Shown here in pieces: positions 44,667 to 54,357 of a DNA stretch of 64,000 nt; position 1 is the stretch's first letter, and every line of letters starts with the position of its first letter. Source of the DNA: Rebecca billardiae RCC1528. Lineage: Eukaryota; Protista; Haptophyta. The position numbers and the translations under genes were made by a program. The notes beneath the pieces were generated by a model that was given only the letters and a program-made list of their open reading frames with translations, had not been told where the DNA came from and made no database searches. The stretch spans positions 124,001 to 188,000 of the forward strand of contig OZ251249.1 of NCBI GenBank assembly GCA_965240325.2, read 5' to 3'.

Positions 44667-45026
44667 CCGGCTGCATGAGGCGCAGCCTGACGCCCGCGCG
44701 GCCTGGGCCGCGCCGCGCCACGCAAGGCCAGGCGCCGAGCGGGCGGCCGGGCGCCGGGACCGCGTAGTGCAGTTGCGCTGCCACTGGCACGTAGTATACT
44801 GCATGCCCGCAGTGCCTTGGTGAGGCGGGGAGCAGCACGTACTACGGATAGCTGCCGCGTTGTTTGTGCTTGATGCGCGCGACTCTCAGCGAGGCGCTGT
44901 CGGGCTATCCGAGCTGCTGGCTCGTAACCAGGCGCGAGCGCCGGTCCCGGGACCCGGCAAACCGCCGGCCAAAATATCCGGCCATCCGCCTGCTCCAGCA
45001 GCGGCAGATTTCACGCGGCGTCCACG

Positions 45027-46595
45027 ATGGAACACGCCTTCCCCAGGCTCTACGACGACGTCTCTCTCCAGCGGACCCTTAGGGGCCTCGCGTGGAACGC
45101 ATCAAACAACGCACCACTTACGCAAACGCAGCGCATAATCCGCATCAATAGGGTGTTCACGCCCAGCGCGCATCTCTCGCGAAAACAAGCACGAGAACAG
45201 CACCGCTACCGCAACATGAAACGCACTTCGACAGCACCTCTTGGCCCTCGGGCGCAAGCGCACACATCGGCAACGAGATCTCGGCAGAGAGGAGCGGTGA
45301 GACAGCATTACCAGAAGCACCCCCCCTCCCAGCGAACAGCGCACCTCAACACACATGCGCCCTCCCAACAGGAGCAGCAACTCCAGACCAACCACGTGCC
45401 CGACACCGACCCGCCGCCAGAGGACGACCTTCCAGGCGCAGAGGGAGAGCGATGGGTGCTAGTGCGCAGCGGCTCCCGGCACGACACGGTGCGTCGCACA
45501 CACATACCCCCCGCGACATGCCCCGCCGTCTCTCCCATTGGGGACTTAGCCGCGCCGGGCGAGCGTAAATCGCGCGTGGGCGGCCGTTTCGCGCCATTAG
45601 CGGCTTTTGCGCCAGAAACGCTCACCGCTAACCCGGACGGGCCGGCGAAATGCGCGGACGAAAGTCCGGAGCACCGGGCGCGCGCGCCGGATTTGCCGGG
45701 CCGGGCGGAGGCGAGGCGTAAAAACCCACTGCCGGTCGCGGGCGTCGCCAGAACGACGATGGCTGCGACGCAACCGCGACGCCCTGCGCCCGAGGCACTG
45801 GCCCGCGGAATGGCTGGCTCGACCGACGGGCCTACCGAGCAGGCGGGGACCGTGCGGCCGCGAGAGATGGGGATGGAGAGAGCGCAACCGCAGGCGCAGC
45901 GGCAGCGCGTAGACGGCCAGCACGCTGGCGGCTCGACGGAAGATGCGCCGCGCGGGGCGGTGAAGCTCGAGGACGCTGTGAACAGGAACAACCGCTCAAA
46001 GCCCCCCGGGACATGGCAGGCAGCTGCCCGGGGTCCCAGCTGTCTGAAAGTGCCGAACCGGCCCAGCAGTACCAGGACAGCTGGGAACTACTGCCCTGGC
46101 TGGACGCAGCCCCGCAAACACACCCGTGCGCTCAGGTTCGTACTAATGTGCAGCACCAGAGCACGTTCACGCGCCTGCCCTGCGCATCTGCGACGGGCCG
46201 GACGACTGCGAAAAGGCAGCACTAGTAGTAGTAGGAGGAAGAGTAGGAGGAAGACTAGCAGGCATCGAAATCGTCACATCGCCCAAGCCCGGCCGGCACC
46301 AGGTGCATCGGTCGATCCATCAAGATTGCCCAGGCAGCGGCCTAAGGGCAACACAGCACCACCAACAGCAAGGCATGTGCCACTGCGCCGCACTATGTCC
46401 TACCACCGGACAGCACTGCCGGTAACCAGGCGTACAGTGCTGGCCTATGGGCGCAAGCTTCTGCAGCACGCCGCCAGCAGGGTAGCAGTGCTCTCACAGC
46501 CCAGCAGACCAGGCCACGCGGACGCGCAGTGCGCCCAGCCCCCATACCACAACAGTGATCGGCAGCAGCCCACACCCCGACCGGTGCCAAAATGA
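45027..46595 (+). CDS. LINE ORF1-like protein (522 aa, largely low complexity)
   Basis: Lies upstream of ORF2; WVLVR and GRFAPL motifs recall ORF1 proteins; stop overlaps the ORF2 start (ATGA). Confidence 0.55.
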   Translation: MEHAFPRLYDDVSLQRTLRGLAWNASNNAPLTQTQRIIRINRVFTPSAHLSRKQAREQHRYRNMKRTSTAPLGPRAQAHTSATRSRQRGAVRQHYQKHPPSQRTAHLNTHAPSQQEQQLQTNHVPDTDPPPEDDLPGAEGERWVLVRSGSRHDTVRRTHIPPATCPAVSPIGDLAAPGERKSRVGGRFAPLAAFAPETLTANPDGPAKCADESPEHRARAPDLPGRAEARRKNPLPVAGVARTTMAATQPRRPAPEALARGMAGSTDGPTEQAGTVRPREMGMERAQPQAQRQRVDGQHAGGSTEDAPRGAVKLEDAVNRNNRSKPPGTWQAAARGPSCLKVPNRPSSTRTAGNYCPGWTQPRKHTRALRFVLMCSTRARSRACPAHLRRAGRLRKGSTSSSRRKSRRKTSRHRNRHIAQARPAPGASVDPSRLPRQRPKGNTAPPTARHVPLRRTMSYHRTALPVTRRTVLAYGRKLLQHAASRVAVLSQPSRPGHADAQCAQPPYHNSDRQQPTPRPVPK

Positions 46596-49500
46596 TTCAG
46601 GGGCATCGCCAGGCTGGCACTGCCAGGCAGACAAGTGAGCAGGCTGCAGCGGGAAGGCCACAGGCGAGGGGCTCAGGCAACAGGGCTGAGGAACGTTCGC
46701 TCACAATCGCCTGTGGGAACGTAGGGGGCATGGCAGGCTTGACACGCAGGGCAAGACTGCAGAGCATCCTGGACACCAAGCGCTGGGACATCGTTCTGCT
46801 CCAAGAGACCGCACTCACTAGAGACAAAGCCACTCAGGACATCCTTAGTGGCTATACGACCTACCACGACCCAATGCCCCCCAACTCGTGCTCAGGCAGA
46901 GGAGTGGCAATAGCAGTGCGGAAGGATGGCAGGCTGCCTCTCTCCAGGCTGGAGGTGACCCGAAGCGGCACTGAAGGCGGCCAGGACACTGCCGGATACA
47001 TGCTCCAGGGGCGCCTGGTCTTCACCACCGCCAGGGGTACCAGCTTTGTGGTGGAGGCCACATCCTTCTACATCCCCCCTAACAGTAACCGCAACAGAGC
47101 AACTATACTGCCATGGGTAACAGAAGTCCTCCGCACGGGCACCCCGCTACACACGGGCCGACAAGATCTCCTCAGGCTTGCAGGAGGGGACGCCAATGGC
47201 ACTTGGGAGGTCGGCGAGGCACTTAGGCGGCTCGACACAACACGCGCGTTCACCGCTCACCGACCAGGGGATTTCAAAGCGGCCATGGAGACAGTGACTG
47301 ACCTTCACAACATGAAACCAACCGGCAGTTTCAACCCTGCCACCGAATACACCCACTCGAGTGGCAACACCCTGGCCCGACTGGACTACATATTCACCAA
47401 CATGGCAGAGCTAACGCAACACTTTTGGCACTCGGACCCTCTCCTGGAGGACGCATGCATCCCTGCGCTCCCCAACGGGGACGGGAGCACCCACCATTTT
47501 ATCCAGGGTAGAATCCCACTGCACAAGCTGCGGGGGGCCACCAGGCCTGTGGTCCACGAGCTCTACAGGCCATACAGGTTCTACATAAACCTGGCACACG
47601 GAGAGACGGTCAAGGAACTCAAAGCCGCATTATCCGACCCCGTAGAGAGCGACATCAGGCGGCTGGACGACGTCCACACCCATGCACACCTGTTCGCAGC
47701 CCCAGTTGCGACGATTACTGCAGCTCCGCCACAAGTGGTGAGCGACATGGAGGAAGCCCTCCCTGCCGTCCTGGAGTGGCTCGCCTCCGTAGCAACTGAC
47801 AGAGTCACGTCTGCACTCGACTCCAGCCAGCAGCCACGGGAGACCACAGTAGCCCCTGGCAGGCGGGCCCCCAAAGCGATCGCGCCGAATGCCCTCAGGG
47901 ATTTCAAACTGGGGAATGCGTACCGCCGCCAGGTCGCAGTGATCACCAGGCTGCAGCAAATCCGCCCAGGTGCTAGCGAGCAGCACGGGGAAGTGCACAC
48001 AGGCTTCAGGTACAGCAGCCACAGCAGGCATGGGCGACTTGCGGAGCCGGTGCGCCTGGCAAAAGCACTGGACAGTTATGAATCGGCACTGACTACCGCA
48101 AACGCCCCCCCTGAGGGTATGCCCCAGCTGCTCGGCTTGCCTTTCCCCACCCTGGAGGCCATCTACCAGGCTGGGCCCGCCTCGACAGCACAGTGGCTGT
48201 CGGAACTGAAAGCACGACAAGCCTTGCACCAAAATGAATACGAGCTCCTGCAGCGCGAGCACGAGGACACTCTTGCCAAGGACAGGACGAGAAAAATCCA
48301 AGACGACATGCGGAGGAAATGCACCCGCCACTTTCGCAAAATGCTCTTCCCCAAATCAAACCATGCTGGATTCGAGATGATGATGCTCAATGACCTGGAC
48401 GCTGGCAGTGGGAAAATTACCTCCGACCCAAGCAAAATCAAACGATACGCAGAGGCGCACACGGCGAACAACGTGGGGACAGCGCCGAGCTGCAGGCAGG
48501 GGCCTGCCATAGAGGATACAAATGAAGCAGTCTGGGAAGAGATCCAAAGCAGATGGACTCCGGCCCAGCGAGCGCTGGAAAGCTCCCTGCTGGACCTGGA
48601 AGGCCTGCGCTCCCTCCTGGCAAAAGCTGACTCGAACGCTGCCCCTGGTTTGGACGGGATCCAAGTATGCGCCTTGAAACTCTTGATAAAGATCAACAAA
48701 GCCTTTGAAGGCATCTTGGTCAACATCGTCAACACAATCCTCCGCGCAGCGGCTGTACCAGCCCACCTCAAAGACGCAGAGCTTGCCTACTTCTACAAAG
48801 GCAAAGGGGACCCTCACGATCTGAACAATTATAGGGGAGTGGCACTCCAAAGCACTGTGTACAAACTGGCGGCAGCACACAGGGCGAGATGCATCCAGTC
48901 GATCTGTGACCAGCTGGGTCTGATCTCGCCGGAACAAGCAGCAGCGAGCAAGCACGGGCAGCCGGAGCTCCAAGTGGCGGCACTGGTGGCAGCCATGACC
49001 CATGCCAAGGCCAGTTCTGCCGAGATCCACGTCACTACATGTGATATAAGCAAGGCCTTTGACAGAGTGCCCCATGAGTCGCTGAGGAAGGCCCTTCTCC
49101 TGCACGGCTTCTCCGCCCAACTAATTGATGAACTTGACCGACTGGACGCTCACTCTGTGGCCACCACCAGGACCCCCTATGGCCACACTGACAAAGTGCC
49201 GATACTGCGTGGGTGCAAGCAAGGCTGCCCGCTAAGTCCCATAAAATTCTGTCTCTTCATGAACATGTTCATTGCATCCTACTCAGCCAGCCACCCTGAC
49301 CATGGATACTCGTTTCCAGCCGCCAGGCATGACGCTGGCGCAGGAGACTCCCTGAAGGTGCGCATCTTGGGGTACATGGACGACATAGCTTTCCTTGCAG
49401 AGTCAGAGACGGACAGCGCCGCCCAAGTGCGCGCACTGGGACTATTCCTCAGCGCTCACTGCATGGCACTCAACCCCTCGAAGTGTGTGCACGCAAAGAA

Positions 49501-52500
49501 AGGAAGGGGCAGAGGGGCGCACGGCGCGCCTCCTCTGCCCCCCCTCCGCGTTGAGATAGCCGGTGAGCAGGCCACTGTCCCCTCCATCGGACCAGACACC
49601 CACTTTGAGTACCTCGGATACGTCCTCACCCTCCACCTCGATTGGTCAAGGCACGCCGCAAAACTGGAGACAAAGCTGCGCGCGGCCTCCTGGAAAGTGG
49701 CAGTAGCGGCCAGGGACCCGGCCTGCCACACTGTGACCACAGGCACTCTCCTCCAGCATGATGTGGTCTCTGTGGCAGGCTACTACCTGGCTGCGAGCGA
49801 TGTGCGCCGCTACGGCATCACAGACAAAATGCGCGCCATCGTGATGGACATCGTGTGGGGCAGAGCTGGTCTCCCGCCCTCCGCGGCCCGCATAGCAGGC
49901 AGTGGGCCAGCCCCCAGCATGGGGATAGGCCCGGAGGAGCCGAGCGCCCTGCAGGCCGGGGTGCAAGCGGCTGCCCTCCTTCGGACTGCCAACAGCCCCA
50001 CACAAGTGGGCCTGCTCACCAGGACCTGCCTGGAGGCACACCGACAACAACCGGCCAACGGAACACTGGCGCCCCCTGCAGTGAGAGGCGGAATGGAGGC
50101 CCTGTCGCTCGCGCCCAGGGGCACAGAGCCATGGCTGCTGGCCTGCTCCGCAACACTGGCCAACCTGACCCTGCGAGAGGCCTGCAGGTCCCCCCTCATC
50201 CCTAGCAGGGCCTCTGATCAGGAGAGACTCGTGGAGCTGTTAGCGGACTGGGACGCGCGGGACTACGCAGCCCTGGGCGACACCCCCATGGGCACCCTGC
50301 TGCAGGCTGCAAGTGCAGGGGGAGACGGCCAGCCTAGCCTGATGGAGCGCAGCATCCTGAGCGATAATGGCACGTCCATGGAACGCCTGCTCAACGCACA
50401 GGGCACCCCAGCTCTCAGCCATCTCACACACACTGGCAGCAGCATGGTGTGGACGGCTGTGCAGCACCACGCAGGAGCTGCGGAAGCAATGGCAGGCCTC
50501 ATTGTCCGCACTGCGGTAAAACTGGCCACGAGCCCCGCAAATTTCCTGTACACCGCCCATCTGCAGGAAGCCAGAACGGCCGCCTATGAGGCAGATGTGC
50601 CCACTGCACCAGCAGACGTGACCCAGGCAGCAGCCACCGTCACAGCGGGGGTAGATGGGTCGTACAAGCCAGACACAGCCACAGGGGCCGCTGGGGCCGC
50701 CTACATTGTACATGCCCGTGGCACAGGCCGGCTGCGAGACCAGGAGTGCGTGCGCCTGGCAAGTGCCACATACCACGGGCAGCAGACTGCAGCCAACTCG
50801 GAGGTGGCATCTGCCACACTCCTCACCAAACTCCTGGCTGGCCTACCAGGTAGCACCATTCATGTCAGCTGGGACTGCGACGATGCACTCAAGCACCTCC
50901 TCTGGGCCAGGCCAGCGTTGGACTCCGCAGCAGGGGGCCAGGCAGCCCAGCCAAATACCACCCGCCCCCCAGGCTGGGAGCCCAGAATGAGCAAGAATCA
51001 GGCCCACAACCCGCACATGTCCAGGCTCCTGCATGTGATTGACGAGTGCTCTCGCGGCACCACCTGGATGTACTACCCCCAAATGAGCGGCCACTCACGC
51101 GGAAGGGGTGGACCATCACTGGACGATATGGTGCGCGAAATTCTCCAGCCGGAACCGGACGCGTCGGGCGGCACCTACACAGTGCCCCCTCCCCAGCTGG
51201 CATCGCTGCGCAGAGCCACCAGGGCCTTCGTGGGCACCGAACCTTCCTCCGAAGACGTGGACCGCACTGTATGCAACCTGTGTGCGGACTGGGCAGCCAA
51301 GCGAGTGGCTGTAGATGGCATGGACCCATCACACATGCTAGGAAAGAACGTCTGGCTCCCTGCAGCATATGGGCTGGTGGACACTGCAGGGGCTCTCCTG
51401 CAGTCAGGGCCCCTCCCCGTCAGGAGGCTGGTAATAGAGCGCGCCCGCAGAGCAGCCCTGGAGGCGCGCCTGGATCCCACCCCTGGCAACGACGAGTCCC
51501 CCGAACAGGCGGCAGAGAGGCAGCGCAGGAGCGCCAAGTACGCCATCAAGATGGGGGACGACTCCCTACACACCCAGGAATCCACCCTCTCGCTGCGGAA
51601 CCAGTTCACCAAGCCAGAGCGCCTCACCAAGTTCGTCCTCAGGTGCTGCGTCGGGGCGCTGGAGTATAATCAAGATGCTGCAGGGGCCAACCCAGGATTG
51701 GATGCAGTCCCATATAGCCAGCAATGGCCGGACTGCACGCTGGGCACCGACTGTCTGTTCTGCCTCGAGGCAGGATCGGACGCCCCTGGGCCGGACTCTG
51801 CCACGCACGTCTTCTGTGACTGCCCCCACGCCGACGCCAGGAGCATGGCACAGCATAGCATCATCCGGATGCTTGACAAGCGCACTGGCGGCAGGATGCC
51901 GATGCAAGACAGGCAAGACCTGGCAGAGCAGGCTACAGCCCACCGGCACTACTATGCGGGCCAGATCCCCAAGGCAGTAGTGGCAGCCGCCCAGGAGAGC
52001 GCAAAACAGTACCCCTGGCGGACCGCGCGGGACGGGGGAGACAGTAACAGCGCCTCTGCCGATGCAGACCAGTCAGACGAGCAGGATGGCCAGCCAGCCG
52101 GGCGGGACGGCAGCTACAAGGTGGGAAGCTTACACTCTACCATCGTCAGCGTCACCACCCACATCCACCACAAGCGCCTCGAGCTAGCTACAGCTGGGAC
52201 GGAGGGCCGCCAGCGCCGGTACGACCTCGCGCACTTCCTCACCGCTCTCCGCCGCGGCCGCCTCACAGGGGGAGCGAGCCCCAGAGATGGGCAGACCCAG
52301 GGATCGTCCGCCAGCGGCCCAAGACTCACACCCTCCCCTGACCGAACACAGGGCCCCCGACCCCCATCAAGCAGCCAGGAGGGCCCAGCAGGGGGGCGCC
52401 AGCCCCCGGCCGGCAGCAGGGCCCCTCCACCCCCTGGCCCACTGGCCCAGCAGGAACCTGGCCAACAGGCCCTCAATGCCTACTATGCAGCAGCTGAACT

Positions 52501-53071
52501 GCAGGATGCTGACGTCGATGGCACTGGTGCCAACTGCGGGTTCCTTGCGGTACTGGGCGTCACCCGCGCAGGGGCCCGCGAAGACCCAGCAGGGGCAACC
52601 AGGAGCGCCCAGGCACTGAGGCAAGCCACCGTACAGCACGCCCTGTCCCTGAGTGCGCAGCACCAGGGGGTCCTGGCGGCCGCAGTGGCCCTCCAGCCGG
52701 CCCACCTCGAGCCCGATGGGAGCGCACAGAGGGCAGCAGCAGCGGCTGCCACCCTGGGCACGGTTCGAGAGGCTGGCACCCCGTTGGCAGATGCACTCCT
52801 CCCCTGTGTGGCAGCAGGGGCGAACACCACAGTCGTCCTGGTCACCAGAGACCCTCACACCGGCGCCCCTCTTCGTATGGTCCAGGTCTTCCACAGCCCA
52901 GGCTCCCCCCAGTACAACCGGCACGACCCGCTGCACATTGAGGTGCTACCCTGGCCCCAAGTGGCCACCAGGCTGGCAGCGGGCGCACTCGGACAGACCA
53001 GGGTCATCTCTCACTGGAGAGGCCATTACAGGACCACAGTCCCAAGGGCACTGCCAGGTCAGGCCCACTGA
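46592..53071 (+). CDS. LINE ORF2: APE endonuclease + RT + RNase H + Cys/His knuckle + OTU-like domain (2159 aa)
   Basis: APE: GNVGG, LLQET, GGDAN, RLDYIF. RT: APGLDG, NYRGVAL, DISKAFD, QGCPLSP, YMDD. RNase H: VDGS..E..WDC..H..N..AD..AK. Knuckle: CLFC..H.FCDC. Confidence 0.95.
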   Translation: MIQGHRQAGTARQTSEQAAAGRPQARGSGNRAEERSLTIACGNVGGMAGLTRRARLQSILDTKRWDIVLLQETALTRDKATQDILSGYTTYHDPMPPNSCSGRGVAIAVRKDGRLPLSRLEVTRSGTEGGQDTAGYMLQGRLVFTTARGTSFVVEATSFYIPPNSNRNRATILPWVTEVLRTGTPLHTGRQDLLRLAGGDANGTWEVGEALRRLDTTRAFTAHRPGDFKAAMETVTDLHNMKPTGSFNPATEYTHSSGNTLARLDYIFTNMAELTQHFWHSDPLLEDACIPALPNGDGSTHHFIQGRIPLHKLRGATRPVVHELYRPYRFYINLAHGETVKELKAALSDPVESDIRRLDDVHTHAHLFAAPVATITAAPPQVVSDMEEALPAVLEWLASVATDRVTSALDSSQQPRETTVAPGRRAPKAIAPNALRDFKLGNAYRRQVAVITRLQQIRPGASEQHGEVHTGFRYSSHSRHGRLAEPVRLAKALDSYESALTTANAPPEGMPQLLGLPFPTLEAIYQAGPASTAQWLSELKARQALHQNEYELLQREHEDTLAKDRTRKIQDDMRRKCTRHFRKMLFPKSNHAGFEMMMLNDLDAGSGKITSDPSKIKRYAEAHTANNVGTAPSCRQGPAIEDTNEAVWEEIQSRWTPAQRALESSLLDLEGLRSLLAKADSNAAPGLDGIQVCALKLLIKINKAFEGILVNIVNTILRAAAVPAHLKDAELAYFYKGKGDPHDLNNYRGVALQSTVYKLAAAHRARCIQSICDQLGLISPEQAAASKHGQPELQVAALVAAMTHAKASSAEIHVTTCDISKAFDRVPHESLRKALLLHGFSAQLIDELDRLDAHSVATTRTPYGHTDKVPILRGCKQGCPLSPIKFCLFMNMFIASYSASHPDHGYSFPAARHDAGAGDSLKVRILGYMDDIAFLAESETDSAAQVRALGLFLSAHCMALNPSKCVHAKKGRGRGAHGAPPLPPLRVEIAGEQATVPSIGPDTHFEYLGYVLTLHLDWSRHAAKLETKLRAASWKVAVAARDPACHTVTTGTLLQHDVVSVAGYYLAASDVRRYGITDKMRAIVMDIVWGRAGLPPSAARIAGSGPAPSMGIGPEEPSALQAGVQAAALLRTANSPTQVGLLTRTCLEAHRQQPANGTLAPPAVRGGMEALSLAPRGTEPWLLACSATLANLTLREACRSPLIPSRASDQERLVELLADWDARDYAALGDTPMGTLLQAASAGGDGQPSLMERSILSDNGTSMERLLNAQGTPALSHLTHTGSSMVWTAVQHHAGAAEAMAGLIVRTAVKLATSPANFLYTAHLQEARTAAYEADVPTAPADVTQAAATVTAGVDGSYKPDTATGAAGAAYIVHARGTGRLRDQECVRLASATYHGQQTAANSEVASATLLTKLLAGLPGSTIHVSWDCDDALKHLLWARPALDSAAGGQAAQPNTTRPPGWEPRMSKNQAHNPHMSRLLHVIDECSRGTTWMYYPQMSGHSRGRGGPSLDDMVREILQPEPDASGGTYTVPPPQLASLRRATRAFVGTEPSSEDVDRTVCNLCADWAAKRVAVDGMDPSHMLGKNVWLPAAYGLVDTAGALLQSGPLPVRRLVIERARRAALEARLDPTPGNDESPEQAAERQRRSAKYAIKMGDDSLHTQESTLSLRNQFTKPERLTKFVLRCCVGALEYNQDAAGANPGLDAVPYSQQWPDCTLGTDCLFCLEAGSDAPGPDSATHVFCDCPHADARSMAQHSIIRMLDKRTGGRMPMQDRQDLAEQATAHRHYYAGQIPKAVVAAAQESAKQYPWRTARDGGDSNSASADADQSDEQDGQPAGRDGSYKVGSLHSTIVSVTTHIHHKRLELATAGTEGRQRRYDLAHFLTALRRGRLTGGASPRDGQTQGSSASGPRLTPSPDRTQGPRPPSSSQEGPAGGRQPPAGSRAPPPPGPLAQQEPGQQALNAYYAAAELQDADVDGTGANCGFLAVLGVTRAGAREDPAGATRSAQALRQATVQHALSLSAQHQGVLAAAVALQPAHLEPDGSAQRAAAAAATLGTVREAGTPLADALLPCVAAGANTTVVLVTRDPHTGAPLRMVQVFHSPGSPQYNRHDPLHIEVLPWPQVATRLAAGALGQTRVISHWRGHYRTTVPRALPGQAH

Positions 53072-53143
53072 GGCCACGGGCCCGCAGGCAGAACTCAGGC
53101 TGGCCAGAGGCCCCTGCTGGGGAGGGTGGGGGAACTGCCCAAG

Positions 53144-53174
<31 letters not shown>

Positions 53175-53254
53175 AGGAGGACGAGCTCAACCAGAACCAC
53201 CAGGCCCAGCAGAGACACGACCATCCCCCACAAGTACCGGAACCAGTCCCCGAC

Positions 53255-53662
53255 GGCGAGTCCAACTACTACTAACTTCGGCGAGTCCAACTACTACAAA
53301 CTTCGGCGAGTCCAACTACTACTAACTTCGGCGAGTCCAACTACTACTAACCTCGGTGAGTCCAACTACTACTACTAACTTCGGCGAGTCCAACTACTAC
53401 TAACTTCGGCGAGTCCAACTACTACTAACTTCGGCGAGTCCAACTACTACTAACTTCGGCGAGTCCAACTACGACTACTAACTTCGGCGAGTCCAACTAC
53501 TACTAACTTCGGCGAGTCCAACTACTACTAACTTCGGCGAGTCCAACTACTACTAACTCAGGCGAGTCCAACTACTACTAACTTCGGCGAGTCCAACTAC
53601 TACCAACTTCGGCGAGTCCAACTACTACTAACTCAGGCGAGTCCAACTACTATTAACTTCGG
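53255..53662 (+). repeat. ~16 tandem 25-bp units (AACTTCGGCGAGTCCAACTACTACT) in the LINE 3' UTR
   Basis: Seen directly; head-to-tail with no spacers. Confidence 0.95.
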
Positions 53663-54051
53663 CCACAACATCACCCACCAGCTGCTGACCAAGAACAGGC
53701 TACACCATCGTCCACCATGACCTGCCACTGACCAAGTAGGCGACGACATCATCCGCACCAGCTGCTGACCAAGTAGGGGACGGCCTGGCCGACGCCAACA
53801 TGCTCACTCGCCTTTGATTTCGTACCCATGCACTTCCTGGTGGGCCTGACGACGTCCGGACGACGACAACAACGACATCCGCCATGGGGACCAACATCAA
53901 CGCGCTCACACCACTGCCACTGCTGCAAGCTTCGACCAGTACCACTACAGACGAATCAGGAGAGCTGCGCCCTCGTGCCTGTGTCTTTAAATCATAGAAT
54001 TAGTCCAGACGTGAACGTCTCCGCCCACACACGGCGTTTGGCCCGACGACG

Positions 54052-54357
54052 ATGGCGCGCTCGTTCATCGAGGAGACGTTCTGCCCGAACAGGCTCTCGC
54101 AGGCGCTCTGGCTGCTCGGCGCCGTGATGGTCATCACCGGCGCAAGCATCCTCATCGCGGCGGCCAGCGGCCACACGTGGCAGCAGCACCGCGCAACCGA
54201 CCAGAACGTCGGCTGGACGCTGCTGCTCGTGCCCACCGGGCTGTTCGTGGCTGGTGGGCTGCTGGTGGGCTCGAACAAGTGCTGGGATGCGTACAGGGCG
54301 GCGCGCGAGCGCCCGCCCAGGCAGCAGCCCAAGCAGCCGCCGCCGACCGCAGTATGA
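54052..54357 (+). CDS. Small two-TM hypothetical protein (may continue by splicing)
   Basis: Two hydrophobic helices; possible GT donor at ~54352 and acceptor at ~54453. Confidence 0.45.
   Translation: MARSFIEETFCPNRLSQALWLLGAVMVITGASILIAAASGHTWQQHRATDQNVGWTLLLVPTGLFVAGGLLVGSNKCWDAYRAARERPPRQQPKQPPPTAV

Larger units (their letters stand above)
45027..54001 (+). mobile_element. Apparently intact non-LTR retrotransposon (LINE): ORF1, ORF2 and a long 3' UTR with poly-G and minisatellite
   Basis: Composition shift (lower GC, A-rich sense strand), uninterrupted ORF2, 3' end shared with 2108-2162. The 5' boundary (~44830-45027) and TSD were not identified. Confidence 0.9.

Noticed and set aside
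53255-53662. CRISPR-like array
   Set aside because: Units are head-to-tail with no unique spacers, there are no cas genes, and the context is a eukaryotic LINE UTR.
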